Source: Ginkgo biloba
Lineage: Eukaryota > Plantae > Ginkgophyta
Reading direction: 5' to 3'
Length of the DNA stretch: 54,739 nucleotides
NCBI GenBank assembly: GCA_024626585.2
Contig: JANKJI020000004.1
Span: forward strand, 41,398,116-41,452,854
Shown here: piece after piece, positions 36,701 to 51,025 of the stretch
Position numbering within the stretch: the stretch's first letter is position 1
Layout of the letters: the number at the start of each line of letters is the position of its first letter
Program-made: the position numbers and the translations under genes
Notes under the pieces: generated by a model
The model's database searches: none
What the model was told of the DNA's origin: nothing
Seen by the model: the letters and a program-made list of their open reading frames with translations, nothing else

Positions 36701-39700
36701 GGATATATTATGGGTTACATAGAGGGCAATCTCAGGATTACTGGAGATAACAACTGGGGGAAAGGTACTTAAAGTTTCTTGCTGATCACCTACTTTTTAT
36801 TTATATTATATCACCTCAATGAAATGTATTTGATTTTAGGATTGATACTTGTCATGTTCCATCTCTAAGGTATATCAAATGTGGGTGGATGACTTAGATT
36901 TAAAATTGTCTTTTCTGGGGGTCCTCTAAGTAGACTTCCCTTTACCTTTACCATTGGGCATAGACCCTTCCTAGGTGCTTGGGAGGATTATGGATGGTAG
37001 TTATAGTGTACACCATGCTATATCATAGTGTTATTTAGTTAAATTATATTTATTCTCTATCCAATAATGGCATTGAGCAATAGGAGAGGTTAATAGGTAA
37101 TCAATCATGAGAACCCTATGGGTTGGTTCTTGGCCAATATTCTTGTATGAGTCTCTAAAGAGTCTATTCTATTAAATTTGAATGAGGCTAATATGGAATA
37201 GGTCTCTTATCATAAGGTATCCCTATGAGAGAAATATCATACATATTCTCATCATCTATCCATTCAATTTCTCTCCATTGCTTCTTAATGTACTCGAGAA
37301 GCTTATTGCTTCTTTTAGGTCCATCATTTAATTTCCTTAGAGATGAATAAAAATTTCCCAAATAATCCATAGACATATAGTATTTATTCTTACCTTTCTT
37401 CCTATGAAACCATGAATATAAATTCAATCAAGGGAAATCATTAGTCTTGATCCACCTGGGAGGTCCCAAATCTTCCATGTAGATAATAATGACTAGTGAA
37501 GGCATGGGAAATGTAATGCCTAAAATTTATGAAGAGATATAGTATTCCTTGAGTATTTGGGATAACCAAGGAACCCACTAATGTATATATCCCATTTCTA
37601 CATTTACTATCATAAATGCCTATTGTAATCTTAAATATGTATTTACATCTAGGTAGGTCAACCGTCTAGCTATGATGTGAGATGCCCATTTTTCCCCTTC
37701 ATCAACAATATGGTTTTTATGAAAACTATTAGACTTACTATGTTTATTATTCTATGAAAATAGTATATAACTTATGGGTGATATTCTCCCTTTTTTCCTC
37801 CTTATCTTCTTCTTTTATATTAAGAGTGGAACCTTCCATAGGTAATCATGTTTCCCTTGATATCAACTCCCCATGAATAAAGACAATTCAATCTTAGAAT
37901 GAAAATCTCCTGACTCAATGCGATGGAGAATTTCCATAATCACCAAATTTGGAAGGTATAACATTAGGGACTTAGCATATTCTATAATTTTGGCCTATTA
38001 CAATGCTATATAGGATGGACTATGTCATCCATTTTCATCAATCATAAAAGATTATTTCCATTCCTAAGCAAAATGACCTAAATGATATTTTGCTACTTTG
38101 GTTATATAGAAATATTTAGTCACCATATGATTCTAAAGTCAATATATCCTGAATACCCTTGAACACATCTTTTAACTTACTTAACTTTAGGTTTCTTGAT
38201 GTAGATAGATCCTTTCATAATGACTAATCCCTAGAATAAAAGAAATTCTCACAATATTTTTAGTAGATTTTATTGGAGAAGTGATTCAATAACACACCCT
38301 TTGTAACTTATAAAGTGTAATGTTGGGGATTTTATAGAAATAATGGAGAACTTCTTATTGAAGAAAGTCTTGAATCATTTGCACTTGTGTGGAGTTATTA
38401 ATAACCTCTATGAATACATAACTTTTCTATTGCCAATGGTATGTTACTAACTCACGACCACATGGATTTCTCTAATTTTTTCCTTTATTTCCATTTTATA
38501 ATTAGTTTCATAAATGGAAAGGACTCACCATCCTTATAATGCCTCAATTAAATCATTTCATTAAGGTTGACTTATTAAACCATTAATTCTCATCGTCACT
38601 TAATGGTCCCATAAAAGTCACTACTTTTGCCCTAGCTCAAGAAGATTATCCCTACACAAATAAGGTAGGTAAATATGATGAAGGGATAAGACATCACCCC
38701 TAGGTATTATCATGCCTTATTCCTTCTCTAGGTTGACAAGGACATGAGACATTAACTTTATCTTCATGTGGTTCCCTAATCAAGACAAAAAAAGGGGCTC
38801 TCCAAGAGATGTATCCTCCCTTACTAAAAAACCTTTCCTTAACTAGACCAGGAAGGGAAGGCATCATGGAATATTAACCTAGTCAATGATTCCAATGTGG
38901 CTTGAATCTTTTCAATATTATTCTTTTAGTTTAGGATGGTTCATTCTTGGCTCTATATAAGAGTGCAAAAAAACCTTAAGGGTAATATAACTCCCTCGTA
39001 CTCTTTTATCCCTTCTTTGTCTACCTAGTGATGATAATATTAATCCAATGGTTTTCCACCCCATAAGGGATACTTTTCATAAAATTATATATCCTCCTCA
39101 ATTCTATAGAGAAGCTTCATAAAATGAGCTTATCATAATACTACACATGATCTTCTCCTATGAAGCATTTATGAAATAAAACTTGGTGGTGTTGGATGAT
39201 TTAAGAACATTTGGTAACTATATAAAATAAGGGAGATAGTTAGGCCAAATATATGAATACATATTACCTTATCAGGGTGTTATGATAGGTGAAAATTATA
39301 ATTGAAGTGGTGGAGGAATGAAGTCATGAAGTGTAGAGGTGTAATTGAGGGAAGAGTGGTGTGAGTGGTGCATGGGGAGTATATTTAAGTGATTACACTA
39401 AGGTGATGAGTATAATGTTATCCACATTTATTAGGTTCATGGAGTGATATGGAGGTGGTATGAGTCAAACTAGAAATATTAAGGAAGAAGAAAGGGTCTT
39501 GTACAAGAGAAAGGTCAACAAAATTCTTTCAATACGATGAGAAATCCATCTTATGCTTTCTATGGAAAGGGATATGGATAACGTATAAGGGGTATCACAT
39601 GATTAATGAGGGAGTAAGGTAAAACTATCCATTAGTTTCATCCCCTCATTAAATACAAAAGTAACCAGAACACATGAACCCTGGCTCTAGTTCCCTCTTT

Positions 39701-41030
39701 GATGAGAGCATAGTCTTTTAGAATGAAGGACAGAGACCATCAAAATTTGACCACCTAAACTCAAAAGTAAAATCATCTTCCATAAAAATTGGATTCTTTC
39801 CTAATATGTAATAATATCTTCATGTATGCACAAGTTTTATGGATTGGGATAAACTTCAGGCCACAAAAAGAAAATTATTTCCTTGAAAAGCTCCATTTTT
39901 ATAATATTGTTGTAACAAGGTCTTCATAAATGAAAAGACTTGATGAGATTTTTACTTCTTTCTAAACTTAAAAATCATGTCAATAAAACCATGAATCTGA
40001 TCTTAAAAATTGTATGAGTGCCTAAAAATAAGGTTTTAATAAGTGGCCTCCTTGGTTTATATTACTCCCAATGGGTTATGAAAAATTAGTAAAATTGGCT
40101 TATTTGTAGAAATACATAAGAAACATAAAAAGAACTACAACCTAATATGTACAATATTTACATATATTTTCAAGAAAATGATTTGAAGTGTAGAAATTTT
40201 TAAGATACTACCCATTCACTGAGGTGGGTATAATCTCACCTTTGAGTTTAATCTAAAAGCATGATCATCAATCACTCTTGTCACTTCAAAAGGTCCAAGC
40301 CATAGGGAATCGAATTTCCTATGAGAACATGACTTTCCCCTCACCTTATCCCACATTAAAACCTTATCACCAACTTTAAAGTATTTATCAGATGAATTTT
40401 TTTTATCAAAATACCTCTTAACACATTCCTGGTGATTCAGGAACCTTTGTTGGGATTCTTCTCTTCTTTCCTCTAGAATGAGAAAACTCTATAATATTTT
40501 TTGGATTGGAGACAAATCTTTGGAATTATATTTTTGTAGTTGTAATATTATGCATGGGAAGTTTATGAGAAGTATTATTTTCTTATCTTACACTAACAAG
40601 AAAGGAGAATAACCAATTACAACCTTGGGAGTAATTATATTAGCCCATAGAGCTTGATGCAGATTCATGTTTCAATCCCTTTGATTTTGTTTGATGATTT
40701 TCTTTCAGATTTGAATAAAAATTTTATTCATTGACTCTACTATGCCATTCCCCTATGGATAATAATTTGAAGATAGAGATAAGACAATTTCATACTTTTT
40801 GATAAAATCAATCATCTCATTAGATGTAAAGGCAGGGCCACTATCTAATAATAGGGTAGTTGGTAATCTAAAGTGGGACATGATTACCTACTCAAGGAAT
40901 TCTATTACCACGTCCAATATTTCTCGTTTAGATGGAATCACCTATGATGATTGGTTAAAATAGTCAATTACAGTGAGAATTAACTTATAACCCTTATTTG
41001 AATTAGGACTTATGGGGCTAAGAAATTCCT
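33729..41030 (-). mobile_element. 3' half of a decayed Tat-like Ty3/gypsy element: integrase (~40190-41030), long 3' region with extra ORF remnant, PPT (~34436-34449), 3' LTR (~33729-34430)
   Basis: Minus-strand KFDSLWLGPFE, FKVGDKVLMWDK and SNYYP.GN. Post-pol motif AAGGAGGCCACTTATTAA.ACC is shared with 22956-22978. PPT AAAAAGGGGCAAA. Confidence 0.75.
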
Positions 41031-41449
41031 ATGATGGTCATCCTAGCCAATAACCACCTCACATAGTTTACCATATTAGATGGGATAATATTCCCATACT
41101 TCAAGAAAAGTAATTAGCATGACATGGATTTAATGCCTAAGATGATAAACTAGCATCCCTCAAATTAAAAGAAAGTGGCATATTTATTAGTTGACTTTAA
41201 AATATTTTTCTTTTGTAAACCCGATCATTTCTTATGAAGTAATTCATAGGTTGAAGGAAAATAGGAAAAGAAAAATAAAAAGTCTATTTTGTCTAATAAT
41301 ATTGAGTATTTCTTGATTTTAGGTTATATATCATGGCTAAATAGGTGCAAGAAGCTCTAGACTTCAGGCTTCTAAAGTAGCACCAGTGGTGGAAATCACA
41401 GACACCCTAGATACCTATCAAGAAAGTTTTAGACTTATTTTCAAAGACT

Positions 41450-44400
41450 TCATGTAGATACCTAAAGAGATAAGGAAAGAATACCCATTATAGAAATATG
41501 GTATGGTCCAAGATGATGCATTACATGAGTTTCTACCTTATAGACAATTGATTGAATGGGTAGGTTAGAGATTTGATGTTGAAAGAAAAGTTATACTTTT
41601 AGCCTTGGGTAAAGTATTGTGTTATCTAAATTATTTTGTATTCTAAATAATTACGAACCTCCCAAACTTTGAAGAATAATTATCTTTTGAAAAAGTAGAA
41701 AAGTTCTATCAGAATTAGGTCTTAGAATTGATAAATTCATGTAGGAAAAAACTAGCTTCGCATCTAACTAATAAAAATTTCCTATCAAACACCAAAATTG
41801 AAAAGGGAGTATAAGCATGCAATTTCCTTATTGATTAAATTATGTGGTGATAAGGATACCAATAAAATATATCATTAAATGGTATGGGTAGTTTATCAGG
41901 TGATGGAAAGAGGCTAAATTTTTAGTTGGACAAATATAGCCAGTGAGATGATATCTCACCAATTGGTTAAATTACCTTGAAAGTATAAATTTTACATGGT
42001 ATCCTATTTAGTGTATGTTATTTTTTTTCCCAAAATTTCCTAGTATTTTCATGCAATATTTCAAACCAAGAGGAGAAAGGATTACCAGTTCCATTTTGGT
42101 ATCCTAGAGTATGGAAGAAAAAAATACAAAGATTATTTTTATCAAGTCAATGACTAATTTGTATATAAAGTATTTTTTATTTTGGATAAATATGAGCCTT
42201 TAAGAGTTAGTGTCCTNNNNNNNNNNNNNNNNNNNNNNNNNNNNNNNNNNNNNNNNNNNNNNNNNNNNNNNNNNNNNNNNNNNNNNNNNNNNNNNNNNNN
42301 NNNNNNNNNNNNNNNNTATATAAAGTATTTTTTATTTTGGATAAATATGAGCCTTTAAGAGTTAGTGTCCTTGTGAGGGACACATTGAGAAGTACTGGAG
42401 AAGGACTATACATACATTCGTCTATATGGTTTTAGAGGAAATACATATCACCTTCCTATGTTCATAAGTGATTGGAATTTATTATCAGAGGTATACATAA
42501 AAATACTTTCCATTTATGGAAAAGTTTCTCAAAAATGGAAAAAGTCTTATTTTCATTCTTTTCATTTTAATTTTAAGGAATTCATTATTACCAACATTGG
42601 CCAAGTGAGATCATATGATGATGAAATAAGGAGTTTCAAACTAGAAGATGTTTGGGAAAGAAATTATAACCCAAAAGGTATTTTTACGCAGTATTATAAA
42701 TTATATCATTATCATGTGCTTGAGAGGGAAGATGAATTCAAAAATCCTATGGATTTTGAGTGAGTAGCATATAATAGGCAAGGAAATTTCACCCTAACGA
42801 CTAGTTTGAAAACCTCTTATTCTTCCATAAATAGTGACCATGTAGATTAATCAAAATTTTTGGAATTGTAGGAACTAAAGCCTAAGGGTTCTGTGTCATA
42901 TGCATTTGGAGACTCAATAAGAGATTCTCTTCGAGATGCATCAAATAGTATTGGGAAATCATCTACCATAGATCAAAATAGGGCTCATTCTAAAGGTTCT
43001 AGAGATAAGAAGAAATCACAAGGAGGAGTAGGTGGTGATCGCTATGAAGAAGATCCTTATAAGAATAAAAATAAGAATAAAATTAATGAGGAGGATATAC
43101 CCCCATCTAAGAAGAGAAGTTCTTCCAAATCCATGGCTCAAGTGATTCTTTATCTAGGCGTAAGTGCAAAATTAATCCTAAATCGCCTAATGTCTTTTTT
43201 GCTTAGGATGATCTAAATATTATTGTGGCATAGAAAAATATAGAGGTAGTGATTAGGGAGAGAATTCAAGAAGAGTCATTATTGAACCCCTAATTGGTTG
43301 AATTAACGAATCAACATGCAGCCTCAAGTGCAGTAAGTGCCTCTTTTTCCCTCAATTTTAACCAATAACATGCCTCATTTGATATTGATAAGAAGAAGAA
43401 GATTATTTGAGTGAGGTATTCTAGGCCTAAAGATTCCAAATCTAAGGTAGTAGTCACTCCAATGGGCATCATCATCTAGAGACTGAATTGGAAGTAAACC
43501 AATTGATAATTCATAAAACTATGAAATTTCATAAAGTTTTAATTAAAGATTGATGAATTATCAAGAAAGAATTCCTAGTTGAAAGGATAAAATTCATCCT
43601 TAGAAGAGAGAATTAAATATTTTAAATGTGCCTTAGATCCTCTAATGATGTTCCAACCCATTATTGCCATCAATACCTTAGAAAATAATAGATTATAGAA
43701 AAATCTTCGCATTGTGAATATTTACAAAAATATTTTTCTAGAATTTACATGAGGTCGTGGATGAGGTCATCTAGCTAGGACTACATATGTGGGATTTAGA
43801 AAGTAATATACAGGCTATATTTCATAATATATCTTCATGTCTCAAAATATATGCCCAATTCATAAAGGAATTGGAGATTATTATGAAAAAAGAATTTGTT
43901 GAATTTTTTGGATTTATGAATAAGGAATTAGAGAATATTATCATAAGTAGAGGAAGTGGAAGAATTATAAAAATTATTTTATCATCAAAAGGGAGGTAAC
44001 TAAGGAAATCTTCCATCGCCTATTATAAATAAGGAGTAAAATGTTTAAAGTGAAAGATTTGTTTGAAATGATATCCCTAGAAAGGCATATCTCATCCCCT
44101 TGGAAATAAAATCAGTTGATTCTAAGGGAATATTACATATAGTTGCTTCAACCAGGCAAGATAAAGACTATCAAGGTTTTTCATAATGAAGAAGTAGTCA
44201 ATTTTAGTCAACTGAGCACACCTTTATGGGACATATATCATTAGAATAGAGAAATGGATTATATTTTAAGAAATAAGAAGGAAGAAATAATCCAAGTAGA
44301 AAAAGAATTTATAAATATTTATTGTAAGAATATATATTTAGTCACAACTATGAGAAAAGACATTCAGAAATGATTATAATGTCTCCAAGAGCTATCAACC

Positions 44401-44520
44401 AAGAATACATAAGTAGTTATAATGGAAATTGAAGGTAGTTACCAATCTAACTTCACGCAATAAATTCAACAATATCAACTACTTCAATGGTAAAAATGGC
44501 TTGAAGTCCTAAGATAAAAC
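41450..44520 (+). pseudogene. Decayed large accessory ORF of unknown function, probably from a Tat-like retroelement
   Basis: Run of same-strand ORF fragments (42458, 42893, 43787). Protein-like segments KFYMVSYLVYVIF, PVPFWYPRVW and YIRLYGFRG..YHLPMFISD, then a charged low-complexity linker and coiled-coil-like C-terminus; no introns evident. Confidence 0.55.
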
Positions 44521-45699
44521 AAGAAAAAAAGAAAAAAAGGAGGTTCCACCCAGAATACCCAGTGAGGAAATTCCCTTATTTTCCATTTTTTTTATGCCTT
44601 TGTTGTATGTTTATATGATTGTGATGTGAATGCTTTGGCCCTTGCAGATTGTTGATCCAGATAATTTATCAAGACTACCTGCTTATGACTTTGTGGTTGA
44701 GTCTTGATTTTTGTTTTATTTTCAAGCTTTCTAATTTGTGATTCTTTAGAAAATTTTGAGGTTTCTATACGCATAATATGGAATCTTTTATCAATAAAGT
44801 TGACATATGTTTCCATCTCAATAGAATTATTATGATTTTATAGATCGAGTGATGTTGGTTTATTAATGTGTAAGAATTTGAATGATATGAATGTTTTTAT
44901 TTGATTATCAAGCATTATTGGTTATCAATTATGAAATTATTATATGTTTATAGTTGATGAAGTTCATTTCAATTCACATGTTGAGCGTTGTTGGCATGTG
45001 ATTTGGAGTGATTTCATATTTTTGCAAGTATGATGTGCATTTGTATGTTTTCTTATGTTATCCCTTATGTTGTGTGATCATTTCTAAGGAATTTATTTGA
45101 TAGGCCATATTGGTTGAATGTTAATGAAATGATATTTCAAGGATCCACTTCAAGTTCTTTTGGAGTATGCCCCTTGTGGACCATTTTATACCATTGAGTA
45201 AAGCCTTATCTTTGTAGTTGTTTGACCACTGCTAGAGAATATCAGAGACAAGATTAATAAATATTATTTCATTAGAGTGATTGATCATTATTGGCTCTTC
45301 AATCTTTGAACAAGATTGACCCATAAGTTAATGACCTGAAGTACCTCCTTTATGCAACTAATAGGTATCCTTAAGAGGGTGCTAAGAAATTATCATTCTT
45401 TATTGTATTTTCTTTCCTTATCATAACCTATAACCTCACTGTATTATCAAAACTTGGTGGTAGATTCTCTCACCCTTTCCCTTCCCATATTTTGATTCCA
45501 TATGTTTCTATTTTATTTCAATCAAAACCAACTCCTATGTACAATGTAAATAGTTGTTGTAAATATTGTTCATTTGTTTCCCTTTGCAATTTTATAAATA
45601 TTTTAGGGATCCTCCCCTCATAATAGTAGAGGAAGTTTATCTCCTTTTCCTATTATATTTTTTGTTATACCCTCATCTTAAGGCATTGTGATAAAAAAT

Positions 45700-48600
45700 C
45701 ATCATTTCCCTTTTGTACACAAAACCTAAGCAATAATATCCAAAATCTTATATTTAAATAAGATGATGAAAAAATATCGCCACCTTATCCTTCTCATACC
45801 ACTTTGATTTCTATAGCAATTGAAGTTTGATCCCTATCTAATAGAACTCTTACTTCCTTCTATGAGTGGATCTGATCTTATTTTATGAATCCTCTTCAAG
45901 AGAATTCGGTATAAATTCTTCAATGGATGGAAGTACTCATCCTTCTTCCTCCTCATATAAAATGGAAGGTTCAAATAGGCACAATTTTTCCACATTCATA
46001 ACTAAATACATCCTCATATGTGATGGTAAATTCAATTAAAAATCATTATCATTAATTTGTTCAATAATATCAAATAGACCATACCTCAATGGATTTACCT
46101 TATTTGCTTGTCCTTATAATGTTTCCTTACTAAGGTATAGCCAAACCTTGTCTCCAAAATAAAAACTATGATCTTTCCTATTGATCATGACTGAGTTTAT
46201 ACTTTGCTTGGCTCTTCTTGTGTTTCACTTATACCTTGAGGTGAATTTTATCGATCCCCTTAATGAATTTTATGGCTTTGATTACCTCTTCATGCTCTTC
46301 TTATCCCTTTTCTTCTTTCTTCCCATAAATAACATCAAAAGGAGATGGTGGAAAGTAACCAAAAAGGTCTCAAAAGTTGACTTTTGAGTGGATGTATGCA
46401 ATTATCTATTATAAAAGTTTTGTATATATGCAATATCCTCATCCCTTGACCTTTTGTACCTTTTGTTATACCCCCTTACAAGTTGCACCAAAGTTATATT
46501 AAAAAATTTAGTTTGCCCATCTGTTTATGGATGGAATGTGGTTGATCTCTTCAACTTGGTATCCATTTTATCCCATAATGTGGTCCAAAACCTATGCAAA
46601 AACCTCATATCTCTGTCTAAAATAATGGAATTAGGAAATCCAAAATGAACCCATATATTTAAGAAAAATAGTTCAATTGATTTAGGGCCTTTTATGGACA
46701 TCTCACATGGAATGAGTATGTACAATTTGCTAAAATGGTCCACAACTATAAATAAATAGTCATGTCCATTCCTTGATATAGACAAACCTCCAAAACATCC
46801 ATGGATATGCTCTCTGATGGTCTATGAGGTATCAATAATGGCATATAAAAACCCTACTTCCTATTACTAAGTTTGCTTGTACTACAGAGAATACACCCTC
46901 TAATGAATTTAGAAACTTACTCTTGAATTTTGGGCCAATAGACATACCTTTATAAATTGGATATTATCTTTATAACACCAAAATGTCTAGCAACTTTTTA
47001 TGAATGCACCTCACATATGAGTTGAATTCTTCCTTCTTAAGGAATGCATAGCTTTCCCAGCTTATAGATTAGCACATCTTTGAGGTGGTAATCAACCCTT
47101 TCTTCAAAATCAATAATTTAACTATTTTGTAACCATTAATATGCCTCCCTAAAATTAACATCTCTCACATACTCTTATACATACACCTCATGTGCTAATG
47201 GAACAAGCTACAAGATAGTACCATTATCTATGATTTTTTTCATAGGAGGCCTAGATATCATGTTGGAAACCTTGTTGGTTATATCCTTCTTATATTTAAT
47301 CATCAAATGGAATTGTTGCAAGAATCCCATCCATATAAAGTTCTTTTCTTGTTGAAGTCTTTATTGAGTTTGAAGATATTGTAGCAGTTGATGATTATTA
47401 TGAATGACTATCTCTTTCCCTAGTAGATAGTTTTTTGACTTGTTAACTTCTTACACAAAATCATAGAGTTCCTTGGCATAGGTTGGATAATTCATAACTT
47501 CCCCACTTAATAGTTCAAAATGATATAAAATAAGCTTCTTCCTTTATATTATCACTTCACCCTTAGCATACTCACTTGCATCTATTTCTATCTTAAAGGG
47601 TTGTTGCAAATTTGGTAATGCCAAAACTAGAGCACTACTAAACTTTTTCTTAAAAGCATCAAATGCTACTTGTTGATTTTTACCCAAATGAAAAGAATTA
47701 GCACTTGCAGTGATTGCATGAAGAGGAGCATCTATATAAGAGAAATATCTTATAAACTTCCTCATATATTGGATAGCTCTAATGAAACTCCTTACTTCGA
47801 TCATGATTGAGGGTCTTTATTACTTTAGAATAGCCTCTACTTTTGTCGAATAAATCCTAATTTCTTCCCCTCTAACCACATGACCAAGATACACCAATAA
47901 TGTTCTTGCAAACTCACATTTCTCAATTTTCAACAATAATCTATTCTTCTTTAGGGTCTCTAGAACCTACTTCAAATGAGATAAATGTTCTTCCCAAGTT
48001 TGTCTAGAAATTAGTATATCATCCAAATAAATGATGATAAACGAATCAATAAATGGATGTAGTACATCATTCATAACTCTAATACATGAATGTTATAGGG
48101 GAATTACATAAATTGAAAGGTAATACTAACCAATCATATAATCCTTATTTGGTATTGAATGTCATCTTCCAAACTTCTTCTTCCTTCATCCTCACTTAGT
48201 GGTAACCAAAACATAGATAGTTTAGTGAAGTATTTTTTATTTTGGAATTGATCCATCAAGTCATATATCCTTGGTAAGGGATATCAATTATTTATGGTAA
48301 TATTTTTCAAGGCTCTATAGTTGATGCACATACACCATATTCCATCCTTCTTTGGAACCATGACAATAGGTCAACTACAAGGTGAGGTTCTTGGTTGGAT
48401 GACCCCTTTCTCTAGTAGATCATGAAGATGCTTCTTCACGTAATTGGACTCAAGTATGGATTTTCTATACAACCTAATATTTTTTAATGGTGCATTGATC
48501 TGTAATTGAATCTCATGTTTAACCTCTCTCTTTGGTGCAAAACCCTTAGGTTCTAGGAATACTTCTTTAAAAGATTGGATCAACTCTCCAATTTGAATAT

Positions 48601-51025
48601 TTTATTATGTTTTGCATCCTCCTTGAGACATATTTCCTTCTACTAGTTTTCCATCCTCTTGGAATTTCAAGAGCAAAAGAACAAACTTCTTACTTACATT
48701 AATGAGACTTTTTTCTTGGTTGACAGTCACCATGAAAATCTTCTTCTTTCCTTTATGAGAATGGATGATGTATGCTTCTCCTTCCTTGATAAGGTGATAC
48801 TTTTTTTCTTCTCTTAATAATATTGCCTACCTATCATATATGTAGGGTTTTTCAAACACTAATCCATAAATATAAAGTGGCACTATGTCCAATTCCACTT
48901 CATCAATGTAAATTACATTAATTGCAAATCTAAGTTTACATTATTTAGTGAATTTCAATTATACATCCTTATGCACCCAACCCAATGGGTATGGATGAGG
49001 ATGGTAATATGTCTCCAAGCCTAGATTCTTCATCAATTCATTTTTGACAAGGTTATCTTGTGAACTAGTATCAAAGAGTGTTAATTGATTATTATTTTCT
49101 TAGCTTCAAAGTTTCAACATATCTTTCCCATCAAACTAGATCATGTCCTACCATCTTTAATATTGAAAAGGATATTTTTTTATCTTTAGTGATCCCATGG
49201 ATGTTGAAATAAACCTCAAGTTAATTGAGATAATGGTCAAGTCTCTCTGCATTCACATCCAATTCGAAGGGTTGAATATCAAGCTTAGCCTCTACCTTGA
49301 GTGGTAGTGATATGTTTTCACTACTTGATCTTTCTGCATTCCCAATTGTTTCTTTCTTACCATGTTAATATTTTTGGTCTTTATCAGGCAATATTATAAC
49401 TAATCTATTAATGGAAGATGTTAAATTTTTCATATTTTCTTCCAATCTCAAAATCTTTACCATTGGGTCTACAGACTCCTCCATGGATGACTCTTATGCT
49501 TAGTTTTCTAACTTTCTCTTCCACTTCCTTGTACCAATATCATACTAGTATGGTTCTAATGTACCTTCACCCCTTTCTTTCCCTACTCTTGTCAATGGCA
49601 CAGTGCTAGAAAAACACCACTATACGAAGAAAAGATAAAATTTAGAAATTAGTCTAAGTTCTTTATCATAAGTGAATATGATACTAATATGATCTATAAT
49701 CCTACAAGATATTCTAATTAGGATTTATCGCACAAATATTCAAATAATTCTATGCTTTCTTTCATATGATTTAACATTATTCTAAAATTAACAAAGTATA
49801 TATAGATTGAAAGACACAAGAAAAATATTACAAAAATAATGGCAAACACAGAAAAAAACCTATGTTTACCCTAGAGAAACCTCCATATGAAGAAAAACTC
49901 GAGCTTGAAACATGCTCAATTTTCTTACATCTAATCAATTAAGAGAAATTCCATACAAAGGTACAGAGTCACTCCTAAATGAACCCTATAGATCACTGTG
50001 TCTATTACTTACAATAATCCTTCCTCGATGTTTCTACTATTTTGTCTATGCTTCTCTCCCTCTATTATTCTCTTTCCTCTTCTTTTGTTTTCTACTTTTT
50101 TAGTTCATCTTCTTTGTTTTTATTTTTCTACCTCTATATTTTTAATTTTCTTCCTTATTCTATCCATTCAATTTTCCAATCGAAAAAATAAGTTTAACTA
50201 TTCATCTATAGAATTCAGTCAGTTGACATGTCATGTTGTTAATGAGGACATCCATCTTGACTTCCATCATTTTTCTATTTTAGAAAAAAAATGACTTTTC
50301 CCATTTTCTATTTTTACTCTTTGATCATATTCATGAGCTAATCAGGTAATATGATCAAGATGATTAGCTAAAAATATGGAGAAAATTGGTTTATAAATGA
50401 GTCAATCAATTTGTAAATAGTTATAAGGATAGACAATCACTAAATTGAGTATAACTTTTGAACCATAACTCCATTTTTTGCGATGTTGGGCTTGTTTTGA
50501 AGATGACTCCAAAGGATACAAATTTATTTCATTAATCATGGGTTGAATATGTATTAATTTTTACCATATTTGAGTGGAATTTAACTATTCATAAAATGAT
50601 ATATTAATGAATTTGGATCTAAAAATGGATCAGGTGAGATCATATTTGATATCTTATGATCTAATATGAATCATAAACACATAATAGANNNNNNNNNNNN
50701 NNNNNNNNNNNNNNNNNNNNNNNNNNNNNNNNNNNNNNNNNNNNNNNNNNNNNNNNNNNNNNNNNNNNNNNNNNNNNNNNNNNNNNNNGTGAGATCATAT
50801 TTGATATCTTATGATCTAATATGAATCATAAACACATAATAGACATAAAACACATCCTCCCTCCTATAAAAAATAATTATGTAGACATATCCTCAATAAC
50901 CCACAAAGATCTAGTTAAAAATATCATTTTCCTTTAATAGTTAATAATCCTAGGATCATAGAGTAATCATATTTACCAAGGATTTAAGGAGAAAAATCTT
51001 ACTTGCTAGTAAGGACTATGCAACA
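45700..51025 (-). mobile_element. Decayed Ty3/gypsy element (CRM/IFG-like, related to 13522-21032): protease-RT-RNase H-integrase, shortened gag, 5' LTR from ~49690
   Basis: Protease LFDTSSQDNL and HPHPYPLGW; KREVKHEIQL...GVIQPRTSPCS; YLDD at 48018-48029; LPNLQQPFKIEIDASEYA; DYLFIVVDHFSK...KLKRSTTFHP. Domain order is gypsy-type; outer boundaries are approximate. Confidence 0.88.
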
